NCBI GenBank assembly: GCA_012729595.1
Contig: JAAYCU010000282.1
Location: 3,591 to 67,590 of the forward strand
Direction of reading: 5' to 3'
From: Phycisphaerales bacterium
GTDB lineage: Bacteria > Planctomycetota > Phycisphaerae > UBA1845 > PWPN01
Length of the DNA stretch: 64,000 bases
In this document: positions 17,035 to 25,399 of the stretch, piece after piece
How the letters are laid out: each line of letters starts with the position of its first letter
Position numbering within the stretch: position 1 is the stretch's first letter
The notes under the pieces: model-generated
What the model saw: the letters and a program-made list of their open reading frames with translations, nothing else
Told to the model about the DNA's origin: nothing
The model's database searches: none
Program-made: the position numbers and the translations under genes

Positions 17035-17052
17035 TGCAGCACCCTGGCTGCA
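17035..17052. promoter_or_regulatory. Inverted repeat TGCAGC-N6-GCTGCA, candidate enhancer (UAS) for the sigma-54 activator
   Basis: Perfect 6-bp arms about 100 bp upstream of the -24 element, followed by an AT-rich spacer. The function is inferred only from position. Confidence 0.25.
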
Positions 17053-17153
17053 ATTTATCCGCACGCAGTGATATCTTTGACAGCTAATAGGTTATTTTCC
17101 CCCGTGTTTTTACCTCAATAAGATACAGCAGAAATAATGATAACTTATAAGGT

Positions 17154-17169
17154 TGGCACAGCGGTTGCT
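17154..17169 (+). promoter_or_regulatory. Sigma-54 (-24/-12) promoter upstream of hydC
   Basis: TGGCACagcggTTGCTt matches the TGGCAC-N5-TTGCW consensus exactly (GG-N10-GC spacing). It lies about 118 nt upstream of the hydC start and next to a sigma-54 EBP gene. Confidence 0.75.
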
Positions 17170-17286
17170 TGTGAAAAATAGTACGATGTTTTGGGCCAGC
17201 CGAGTACAATGCGGACAGCCCAGTGTTTACATTCATAAGGCGTTGCAAGGATCAATTTTTTTGAGATTAAATCAGGAAGGTGCACA

Positions 17287-17778
17287 GTGATTGCCTTGGA
17301 TACCGAGGAAATTTTGACAAGGCACCCCAATGCCGGACGGGACAGCCTGATCCCTATTTTGCAGGAGGTCCAGGAAAGCCAGGGCTATCTGTCCCGGCAG
17401 GCGATGATCGAGATAGGCCGACATCTGAACTTGCCGGTCAGCAAAATTTACGGGGTGGCTACCTTTTACAACCAGTTCCGTTTCCAGCCGCAAGGCCGCT
17501 TTCACATCCAGGTCTGCCGGGGAACGGCCTGCCACGTTAAGGGGTCGGCCGCGGTGCTGGATGCGCTCAAACGCGAGTTGAAGATCGATGCGGGCCAGAC
17601 TACGCGGGACGGGGTGTTCAGCATGGAAGTCGTAGCCTGCATCGGGGCGTGCGGACTGGCCCCGGTCATTTGTATCAACGGAGAGTTTTTTGCCGGCGTA
17701 AGTACGCAGGCGGTACCAAAAATCATCGATTCTTATCGAAGAAAGGCGGCTAACAATGACCACGACGAAGCTGCCTGA
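17287..17778 (+). CDS. hydC: [FeFe]-hydrogenase subunit HydC (NuoE-like 2Fe-2S thioredoxin-fold protein)
   Basis: GTG start after an AGGAAGG RBS. NuoE motifs VCRGTACHVKGS and VACIGACGLAPV. Confidence 0.85.
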   Translation: MIALDTEEILTRHPNAGRDSLIPILQEVQESQGYLSRQAMIEIGRHLNLPVSKIYGVATFYNQFRFQPQGRFHIQVCRGTACHVKGSAAVLDALKRELKIDAGQTTRDGVFSMEVVACIGACGLAPVICINGEFFAGVSTQAVPKIIDSYRRKAANNDHDEAA

Positions 17779-19120
17779 ACAGGAAAAGTGCAAGGTTAAG
17801 GCCAAGTTGCCCGAGGTGCTTGAGTTGGTGTTGGCGGAAAACGCCGGACCAATTACGGACAATGTAGCCATGGCGTGGACGGAACGCCTGGCGGAACTAC
17901 GCCGAGAGAAGCTGGTTCGTCCGGCCGTATTTATCGGCACTGGCACCTGCGGGCTGGGGGCCGGAGCAGCCAAAACCCTGGCGGCGGTCAAGGGCTGGCT
18001 CGCGGAGCGGAACCTCGAGGCCGACATAGTGGAAGTCGGATGTATCGGTATATGTTCGGCAGAGCCGCTCTTGGACGTGCAGTTGCCCGGGCGGACACGG
18101 GTTTGCTTCGCCAAGGTAACGGAAGACAAGGTTGCCGCCCTGCTAGGCTCGGTTTTCGAAAACAATATCCCGGACGAGACGGTTTTGGGACAGCATCGCG
18201 GCGAATCCCTTGAACCTTGGTCAGATGTTCCCTGGCTGCACGAGCATCCGTTCTTCGCCCCGCAGACGCGATGGGTTCTGGCTAACTGCGGTCTGATCGA
18301 TCCGGCCAGCATGGACGAATATATCGCTCGAGGCGGCTACCGGGCCATGGTCAAGATGCTCCGGGAAATGACTCCCGAGCAGACCTGTGACATGGTGGAG
18401 GCCAGCGGGCTTCGTGGCCGTGGCGGCGGCGGGTTCCCCACGGGCAAAAAATGGAAATTCGCCAGGCAAACGCCGAGCAAGCAGAAATATGTAATCTGCA
18501 ACGCGGATGAAGGCGACCCCGGCGCATTCATGGATCGGGCGGTCATCGAGGGCGATCCCCACCGGCTGGTGGAGGGTCTGGCCATCGCGGCGTACGGAAT
18601 CGGGGCATCCAAGGCCTACATCTATATTCGCGCGGAATATCCGCTGGCCATCCAACGACTGAAAGTAGCGATCGAACAGGCCAGGAATGCCGGGTTACTG
18701 GGCCATCGGATTCTGGGCAGCGATTTTGACCTGGATATCATAATCAAGATGGGGGCGGGCGCGTTCGTGTGCGGCGAGGAGACGGCCCTGATGCACAGCA
18801 TCGAGGGCAAGCGGGGCATGCCCCGGCCGCGGCCGCCTTTCCCGGCGGTGCAAGGATTGTTCGGCAAGCCGACGATTATCAACAACGTCGAGACCCTGGC
18901 TAACCTGCCGACCTTAGTGGATCACGGGGCCGAATGGTTCAGTGCGGTGGGTACACCAACCAGCAAGGGAACGAAAGTGTTCGCCCTGTCAGGCAAGGTC
19001 GCCCGGACCGGCTTGGTCGAGGTGGCCATGGGCACCAGCATTCGCAGCATCGTGTTCGATGCCGGCGGCGGGATCCCCAACGGCAAGGTCTATAAAGCAG
19101 TACAGATCGGCGGGCCGTAG
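17756..19120 (+). CDS. hydB: [FeFe]-hydrogenase subunit HydB (NuoF-like), N-terminal part ending at an in-frame TAG
   Basis: N-terminal 2Fe-2S thioredoxin-like domain (CGLGAG...GCIGICSAEP). NuoF FMN/NADH motifs GLRGRGGGGFPTGKKW, CNADEGDPGAF, GAGAFVCGEETAL. Ends ...VQIGGP*. Confidence 0.85.
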   Translation: MTTTKLPEQEKCKVKAKLPEVLELVLAENAGPITDNVAMAWTERLAELRREKLVRPAVFIGTGTCGLGAGAAKTLAAVKGWLAERNLEADIVEVGCIGICSAEPLLDVQLPGRTRVCFAKVTEDKVAALLGSVFENNIPDETVLGQHRGESLEPWSDVPWLHEHPFFAPQTRWVLANCGLIDPASMDEYIARGGYRAMVKMLREMTPEQTCDMVEASGLRGRGGGGFPTGKKWKFARQTPSKQKYVICNADEGDPGAFMDRAVIEGDPHRLVEGLAIAAYGIGASKAYIYIRAEYPLAIQRLKVAIEQARNAGLLGHRILGSDFDLDIIIKMGAGAFVCGEETALMHSIEGKRGMPRPRPPFPAVQGLFGKPTIINNVETLANLPTLVDHGAEWFSAVGTPTSKGTKVFALSGKVARTGLVEVAMGTSIRSIVFDAGGGIPNGKVYKAVQIGGP

Positions 19121-19741
19121 GGCGGATGCATTCCCGAACATCATCTGGACATCCAGATCGATTATGAATCACTCAAGACCGTGGGCGCGATGATGGGCTC
19201 CGGCGGACTGGTGGTCATGGACGAAGACACCTGCATGGTGGACCTGGCCAAGTTTTTCATGGATTTCATCCAGCGGGAAAGCTGCGGCAAGTGTATTCCC
19301 TGCCGGGAGGGCACGCGACGTATGCTGGAGATTCTGGAACGGATCACCCAAGCCCGGCGGAGCGAAACGGGCACGGGCGCACTCGAACGGTTCAAGGGCG
19401 TGATGTACCTGACCCGGCTGGCTGAAGTAATCAAGGACACGAGCTTGTGTGGCCTGGGACAGACGGCGCCGAACCCCGTTCTAAGTACATTGCGGTGGTT
19501 CCGTAACGAATACGAGGAGCACATTTTCCATCGGCGGTGCCCGGCTGGAGCCTGTCGAGAGCTGCTGCACTTCCGGATCGATCCGGACCTGTGCAAAGGC
19601 TGCACGCTCTGCGCGAAGAAATGTCCGACACAGGCGATCATGGGCGCTCCCAAGAGCCCGCATTACATCATTACCGATAAGTGCATTGGTTGCGGAACGT
19701 GCCTGGAGGTGTGCCGCCCGAAAGCGGTTATAGTGGATTAA
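19121..19741 (+). CDS. hydB: HydB (NuoF-like), C-terminal part in the same frame as 17756..19120 (first Met at 19181)
   Basis: The same reading frame continues [10 protein letters not shown]...[14 protein letters not shown]. NuoF 4Fe-4S motif [12 protein letters not shown]...LCGLGQ, then 2x[4Fe-4S] [12 protein letters not shown] / [13 protein letters not shown]. Confidence 0.8.
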   Translation, partial: GGCIPEHHLDIQIDYESLKTVGAMMGSGGLVVMDEDTCMVDLAKFFMDFIQRESCGKCIPCREGTRRMLEILERITQARRSETGTGALERFKGVMYLTRLAEVIKDTSLCGLGQTAPNPVLSTLRWFRNEYEEHIFHRRCPAGACRELLHFRIDPDLCKGCTLCAKKCPTQAIMGAPKSPHYIITDKCIGCGTCLEVCRPKAVIVD

Positions 19742-19796
19742 GACGGCGCGCTAGCCCGGCCTTCCGGGCGCGGCCGAGAATATCAAGAGGTTGATC

Positions 19797-21518
19797 GTGG
19801 TTACCATTGAAGTAAATAACCGAACTGTCGAGGCCAAACCGGGCGAAATGCTGCTCAGCACGTTGCGACGGGCAGGAATCAAGGTGCCTACCATGTGCAA
19901 TATCGATGGGCTGCCGCCGAGCGGGGCCTGTCGGATGTGCGTGGTGGAGGTGGAGGGCCGGCCGGGGCTGCAACCGAGTTGCGCGTTGCCGGTGACCGAA
20001 GGCATGAAGGTACAGACCCATTCACCGCGGGCGGTACGGGCTCGGAAAACCATCGTGGAATTGCTGCTGGCCAACCATCCGGACGACTGCCTTTACTGCG
20101 TGCGGAATAACCAGTGCGAGCTGCAAAACCTGGCCGGCGAACTGGGCGTGCGTGAGCGGCGTTACACAGGCCAGCGCGAAGAATATCACCTGGACCTATC
20201 CAGCCCGTCCATCGTGCGCGATCCGGCCAAGTGCATTCTGTGTGGCAAGTGCGTGCGAGTCTGCGCAGAAATCCAGAACGTCGCCTCGATCGATTTTGTC
20301 GGACGGGGCAGCCATTCGCGGGTCGGGACCGCCTTCGAGCAGGGTTTGAACGTATCGAGCTGCATCAATTGCGGCCAGTGCGTGATGATCTGCCCGACGG
20401 GCGCGTTACGCGAGAAAAGCGCATTGAAGGAAGTGTTCGAGGCCATCCTTGACCCGGAACGTGTTGTGGTGGTGCAACACGCTCCGGCGGTCTCCGTGAG
20501 TCTGGCCGAGGAGTTCGGCCTGCGTCCGGGAACGGACATCAACGGCGTGATGGTGGCCGCTCTCCGCCGGCTGGGCTTCGACCGGGTATTCGACACGTCG
20601 TTTTCCGCGGACCTGACCATCATGGAGGAAGCTTCCGAGCTGGTGGATCGTATCAAGAACGGCGGCAAGTTACCGATGATGACCAGTTGCTCGCCGGGCT
20701 GGATCAAGTTCGTCGAACAGTTTTATCCGGACATGATAGAGAACCTGTCCACCTGCAAGAGCCCGCAACAAATGCTCGGTGCGCTGATCAAGTCGCTCTT
20801 CGCGGAACGGGAAGGGATCGATCCGTCCCGGATTTTCAGCGTGTCGATCATGCCCTGCACGGCCAAGAAGTTCGAGGCCGGCCGACCGGAGATGGGCCGG
20901 CATGGAATCGCAGACGTGGACGCTGTTTTGACCACCCGCGAACTGGCCCGCATGATCCGCCTGGAGGGCATCGATCTTCAATCGCTCACGCCGTCGGAAG
21001 CGGACAACCCGTTCGGGCAGCGGAGCACGGCCGGCAAGCTATTCGGCGCAACGGGCGGAGTCATGGAAGCGGCGGTCCGAACCGCGCATTACCTATTGAC
21101 CGGACGCGAACTGGCCGAATTAAAGGTTCAGCCTATTCGCGGCATGAAAGGCGTGAAGAAAGCGAAACTGAAAATCGACGGCCTGGAGATCGGCATCGCG
21201 GTGGCCAGCGGGCTGGGCAACGCCGCTGAACTACTGGAAGAGGTACGGGCCGGCCGACAGGATCTGCATTTTATCGAGATAATGACCTGCTCAGGCGGCT
21301 GCGTGGCCGGAGGTGGCCAACCGATAGGGGCCGACGCCGCAGCGGTGCGGGCGCGAATGCAAGCCCTGTATAACATTGACCGCAGTGGAACCTTGCGTAC
21401 ATCCCACTCCAACCCGGACATCAAACGGGTCTACGAAGAGTATCTGGGAGAACCGCTGGGCGAGAAGAGCCACCATCTGTTGCATACGCATTACGCAAAA
21501 AGGGAAGTAGTGGGTTAG
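19797..21518 (+). CDS. hydA: [FeFe]-hydrogenase catalytic subunit HydA (HndD type, group A trimeric/bifurcating architecture)
   Basis: N-terminal 2Fe-2S and His-ligated/4Fe-4S domains. H-cluster motifs L1 MTSCSPGW (variant), L2 MPCTAKKFE, L3 EIMTCSGGCVAGGGQP. GTG at 19797 follows an AAGAGG RBS (track TTG at 19791). Confidence 0.9.
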   Translation: MVTIEVNNRTVEAKPGEMLLSTLRRAGIKVPTMCNIDGLPPSGACRMCVVEVEGRPGLQPSCALPVTEGMKVQTHSPRAVRARKTIVELLLANHPDDCLYCVRNNQCELQNLAGELGVRERRYTGQREEYHLDLSSPSIVRDPAKCILCGKCVRVCAEIQNVASIDFVGRGSHSRVGTAFEQGLNVSSCINCGQCVMICPTGALREKSALKEVFEAILDPERVVVVQHAPAVSVSLAEEFGLRPGTDINGVMVAALRRLGFDRVFDTSFSADLTIMEEASELVDRIKNGGKLPMMTSCSPGWIKFVEQFYPDMIENLSTCKSPQQMLGALIKSLFAEREGIDPSRIFSVSIMPCTAKKFEAGRPEMGRHGIADVDAVLTTRELARMIRLEGIDLQSLTPSEADNPFGQRSTAGKLFGATGGVMEAAVRTAHYLLTGRELAELKVQPIRGMKGVKKAKLKIDGLEIGIAVASGLGNAAELLEEVRAGRQDLHFIEIMTCSGGCVAGGGQPIGADAAAVRARMQALYNIDRSGTLRTSHSNPDIKRVYEEYLGEPLGEKSHHLLHTHYAKREVVG

Positions 21519-21655
21519 CCGGATTAACCACGGAGAGCGCGAAGACTAACAAAAGGAAATCATGGTTTTGTGAAAACCAGAAAGAACCATGAGAATGCTT
21601 AAGATTATTCGCTCCGTGTCTTCCTTGCCCTCCGCGGCAAAAACAAGGTACTGAT

Positions 21656-23659
21656 ATGCGACATCCCGCGGATATTCCGTTGGTCACGACGATCAAGGAG
21701 CGCTGCCGGGTATGCTATACCTGCGTGCGGGAGTGCCCGGCCAAGGCCATCCGTATTTCCGATGGTCAGGCGGAAGTACTGACGGAACGTTGCATAGGAT
21801 GCGGAAACTGCGTGCGAGTCTGCAGCCAGCACGCCAAGCAAATCTTAAACGGCATTGAGGAAGTCAAAGCTTTGCTGGCGAGCGAGCATAAGGTAGCCGC
21901 CTGCGTAGCACCGAGTTTTCCTGCCGAGTTTGAGGAAATCCCCTACACCAAACTGGTCGGCATGATCCGAGCCCTGGGTTTCGATTATGTCACCGAGGTC
22001 GGTTTCGGTGCGGATTTGGTGGCCGACCGATACCGCAAGCTGCTCGATGAAAATGGAAATAAGCGATATTTGGCCACCAGTTGTCCGGCTATCGTGGGTT
22101 ACGTAGAGCGCTATCATCCCGAACTGGTCAATTCATTGGCCCCGATCGTCTCGCCCATGGTGGCCACGGCCCGGGTCTTACGCCGTATGCACGGCAAAGG
22201 GCTGAAGGTTGTGTTTATCGGCCCGTGTATCGCCAAGAAAGGCGAGGCGGTAACCCGAAAAATTGCGGGCGACGTTGACGGAGCACTAACCTTTTCGGAA
22301 TTGCGCCATTTTTTCGCGGCGCAGAATATTACACCGGAGTCCGCCAGTAGCGATGAATTTGATCCACCACGTGCCGGGGCCGGATCCTTGTTTCCGATCA
22401 GCCGCGGCATGTTACAGGCCGCCCAGATCAGCGAGGATCTTGCAGCGGGGATCGTCGTGGCAGCCGACGGGCGCAGCGATTTCGCGGAGGCCATTCGCGA
22501 ATTCGAGACGGGCGATCTGGATGCTCGGCTACTGGAAGTTTTGTGTTGCAACGGCTGCATCATGGGTGCAGGCATGACCTGCCGCACTCCCCAATTCCAT
22601 CGTCGCAGCCGGATCAGCCAATTCGTCCGCCGACGCATGGGGGCGATGGATCATCGCGAATGGGAAGGACAGATGACCCGTTTCGCGGATCTGGACCTGA
22701 GCCGATCATACGAGGCAAACGACCGGCGGGTCGCCGCACCGTCGGATGACGCGGTTCGGCTGATACTCGCGGAAATGGGCAAGCTCAAACCCGAGGATGA
22801 GCTGAATTGCGGGGCCTGTGGCTACGAAAACTGCCGGGAACATGCCATCGCTATTTATAAGGGCCTGGCCGAAAGCGAGATGTGCCTGCCTTACACGATC
22901 GAGCAGCTTCGCCAGACAGTACAGGAGCTGGCCAGCACCCAAGAGGCGTTGAATAATTCCGAGAAACTAGCGAGCATGGGACAGATGGCCGCGGGCATCG
23001 CCCACGAGGTGAACAATCCGCTGGGTGTCGTGCTTATGTTCGCCCACATTCTGCTGGACGAGCTCCCCCCGGACAATCCGTACCGCAAGGATTTGCAGAC
23101 GATCGTGGAAAACGCCGACCGGTGCAAGAAGATCGTATCCGGCCTGCTGCATTTCGCCCGGCAGAATAAGGTCAGCCTGGAAATGACGGATGTGCGCGAC
23201 TTGGTGGACAAAGCCCTCAAGGTCGTATCCCTTCCAGCCAAAGTCACGTTACAGGTTGAACATGAGCCGGGAGACATGAACGCGGACGTTGACCGAGACC
23301 AGTTGGTGCAGATTTTAAACAATCTTATCAGTAACGCGCAGGCGGCTATGCCCAATGGTGGAACCCTGACCGTACGGACCAGCGAGGACGGCGAGCGAGT
23401 GTGTATCGCGGTATCCGATACCGGAGTGGGCATTCCGGAAGAGAATCGGAAGAAGATCTTTGATCCGTTTTTCACCACCAAGGAGGTGGGCAAGGGAACC
23501 GGGCTGGGACTGGCGGTAACGTACGGAATCGTGAAAATGCATCATGGGAATATTGAGGTGGAATCGAATGCGGATGCCGCCAAAGGCCCGACGGGAACGA
23601 CATTCAGGGTACTCCTACCGCGTCGCGGCCGTCAGGAGGCGCCCGCATCGGCGGGTTAA
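21656..23659 (+). CDS. Hydrogenase-like (H-domain) sensory protein fused to a histidine kinase (HydS-type domain + HisKA + HATPase)
   Basis: 2x[4Fe-4S] ferredoxin motifs ([23 protein letters not shown]). Degenerate H-cluster motifs [31 protein letters not shown] 4-Cys module CGACGYENC...C. H-box [12 protein letters not shown], and [24 protein letters not shown]. Confidence 0.85.
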   Translation: MRHPADIPLVTTIKERCRVCYTCVRECPAKAIRISDGQAEVLTERCIGCGNCVRVCSQHAKQILNGIEEVKALLASEHKVAACVAPSFPAEFEEIPYTKLVGMIRALGFDYVTEVGFGADLVADRYRKLLDENGNKRYLATSCPAIVGYVERYHPELVNSLAPIVSPMVATARVLRRMHGKGLKVVFIGPCIAKKGEAVTRKIAGDVDGALTFSELRHFFAAQNITPESASSDEFDPPRAGAGSLFPISRGMLQAAQISEDLAAGIVVAADGRSDFAEAIREFETGDLDARLLEVLCCNGCIMGAGMTCRTPQFHRRSRISQFVRRRMGAMDHREWEGQMTRFADLDLSRSYEANDRRVAAPSDDAVRLILAEMGKLKPEDELNCGACGYENCREHAIAIYKGLAESEMCLPYTIEQLRQTVQELASTQEALNNSEKLASMGQMAAGIAHEVNNPLGVVLMFAHILLDELPPDNPYRKDLQTIVENADRCKKIVSGLLHFARQNKVSLEMTDVRDLVDKALKVVSLPAKVTLQVEHEPGDMNADVDRDQLVQILNNLISNAQAAMPNGGTLTVRTSEDGERVCIAVSDTGVGIPEENRKKIFDPFFTTKEVGKGTGLGLAVTYGIVKMHHGNIEVESNADAAKGPTGTTFRVLLPRRGRQEAPASAG

Positions 23660-23679
23660 TATATATAAAGGACACGACA

Positions 23680-24066
23680 ATGGCCAAAACAGTACTGGCA
23701 GTGGATGATGATGCTGATTATCTGGCCCAACTGGAGATCCAGTTGTTGGCCGCGGGATTCGAGGTCTGGACCGCCGAGAGCGTTGGACAAGCGAAGGAGA
23801 TTCTAGACCAACGCCGCCCGGACCTGGCGGTCGTAGACCTAATGATGGAGCACATGGACGACGGTTTCACCTTGTGCCACGACATCAAGGCTCGCGACGC
23901 AAGCATTCCGGTTATTCTGGTGACCGGAGTGGCGGGCGAAACCGGCCTGGATTTCGACGCCTCGACCAAGGAAGAGCGTTCGTGGATCAAGGCAGACGCC
24001 TTACTGGACAAGCCGGTGCGTTTTGAGCAGCTTAGGCGGGAAATCGGCAAGCTGCTTAAGGAATAG
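23680..24066 (+). CDS. Single-domain response regulator (receiver only)
   Basis: 128 aa. VLAVDDD, DLAVVDLMMEH, ILVTG and LDKP receiver signatures, with no output domain. AAGGA RBS. Confidence 0.85.
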   Translation: MAKTVLAVDDDADYLAQLEIQLLAAGFEVWTAESVGQAKEILDQRRPDLAVVDLMMEHMDDGFTLCHDIKARDASIPVILVTGVAGETGLDFDASTKEERSWIKADALLDKPVRFEQLRREIGKLLKE

Positions 24067-25238
24067 TGGTCATGGATACATTACGGGTGTTGGTCACCGA
24101 CGATGAGGCAGAGATGCGCCGGGCGGTGGATCGGGCTCTGGCCCGCTTCACCGTGGCGTTACCCGACGTTGAAGGGGAAGTATGCTTCGCTGTCGAGCAA
24201 GCCGAGAGTGGCGAACAGGCCCTCGAAAAAATCGCGGTCCAACCTCCGGATATCCTGATGCTGGACTACAAAATGGGCGGCATGACCGGCTTGGATGTCC
24301 TTGATCAACTATCCAAACAGGAACACGAAATGCTGACCGTGATGGTGACCGCCTACGCCTCACTGGAAACAGCGGTGGTGGCGACCAAACGCGGCGCATT
24401 TGATTTCATCGCCAAGCCTTTCACTCCGGCCGAACTTAAGGACACGGTCCGCAAGGCGGCCGCGCACCTGTTGATGCAGCGGCAGGCCCGCAAGCTGGCC
24501 CAGGAAAAGCGACAGGTCCGGTTCCAGTTCATCAGCGTGCTGGCCCACGAGTTGAAAGCGCCGCTGGGGGCGATCGAAGGCTTTCTGCAAGCTTTGACGA
24601 ATCCGCAGGTGCGGGCCAACGACGAGGCCTGCGCCCAGATGATCGGGCGCTGTCTGATACGGACCGAGGGGATGCGTAAGATGATCCACGACCTGCTCGA
24701 CCTGACCCGTATCGAGTCCGGGGCCAAGAAACGCGAGCTGGCGGAATTGGACGTGGTCGAGATGGTCCACCGATCCATCGAAACCCTGACCCCGCTGGCG
24801 ACGGAACGCAACGTACGGATCGAAGTGCGTACGGACGGGCCGATACCCATGATGGCCGACCAGGGAGAAATCGAAATCATCGCGAACAATCTGCTGAGCA
24901 ATGCGGTGAAATACAACAAGGAGGGCGGCCGGGTCGAGGTCAAGCTATCCGCCGACGGCGAGGAAGCGGTATTGGCCGTGACGGATACGGGGATCGGCAT
25001 GACCGCCGAGGAAACCGCCCGGCTGTTCCGGGATTTCGTACGGATCAAGAATGACCAAACCAGGCGGATCATGGGCAGCGGACTGGGTCTTTCGATCGTT
25101 AAAAAGCTGGCCCTGCTCTACGGCGGTGACGCGACGGTGTGGAGCGAACCGGGCGAGGGCAGCACCTTTACGGTTCGTTTGAAACGCAACCTGGGCGGCG
25201 AGCCGGCGGCGGCCGCCGAACGCGCGGTCGAGGCCTGA
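24066..25238 (+). CDS. Receiver-histidine kinase hybrid (REC + HisKA + HATPase, cytoplasmic)
   Basis: N-terminal receiver (VLVTDDE, DILMLDYKMGGMTG, FIAKPF), H-box SVLAHELKAPL, N/G boxes NLLSNAVKYN, DTGIGM, GSGLGLSI. No TM or sensor domain. The start is coupled to the preceding stop. Confidence 0.85.
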   Translation: MVMDTLRVLVTDDEAEMRRAVDRALARFTVALPDVEGEVCFAVEQAESGEQALEKIAVQPPDILMLDYKMGGMTGLDVLDQLSKQEHEMLTVMVTAYASLETAVVATKRGAFDFIAKPFTPAELKDTVRKAAAHLLMQRQARKLAQEKRQVRFQFISVLAHELKAPLGAIEGFLQALTNPQVRANDEACAQMIGRCLIRTEGMRKMIHDLLDLTRIESGAKKRELAELDVVEMVHRSIETLTPLATERNVRIEVRTDGPIPMMADQGEIEIIANNLLSNAVKYNKEGGRVEVKLSADGEEAVLAVTDTGIGMTAEETARLFRDFVRIKNDQTRRIMGSGLGLSIVKKLALLYGGDATVWSEPGEGSTFTVRLKRNLGGEPAAAAERAVEA

Positions 25239-25399
25239 ACCTTGGACGCCGCGATGCGGGGAAGCGGATGAGGCCCCACGGGCTGACCGGATTACCCACC
25301 GGCAAGAGGCGGGAGAATGACTTCCTGGGGTATTTTACCGCGTGGTTTTTTGTAGACCAGCCGCCTATGAATATAAGTAGGATCTTGTGAGGAGTTGCC

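Noticed and set aside
16905-17042. Upstream extension of the sensor kinase ORF (46 extra codons)
   Set aside because: The extension lacks protein-like character and would run into the hydC regulatory region. MTIRVKL followed directly by the first TM helix is the natural start.
17272-18312. 346-aa minus-strand ORF antisense to hydC/hydB
   Set aside because: Ser/Arg/Pro-rich sequence with no domain signatures. The plus strand encodes unmistakable NuoE and NuoF homologs.
19118-19120. Interpreting the hydB in-frame TAG as pyrrolysine or another programmed recoding event
   Set aside because: The position corresponds to a conserved Ser in homologs, no pyl genes or recoding signals are visible in the window, and TAG is one substitution from TCG. 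Mutation or sequence error is more parsimonious, though read-through is left open as a minor possibility in the finding.
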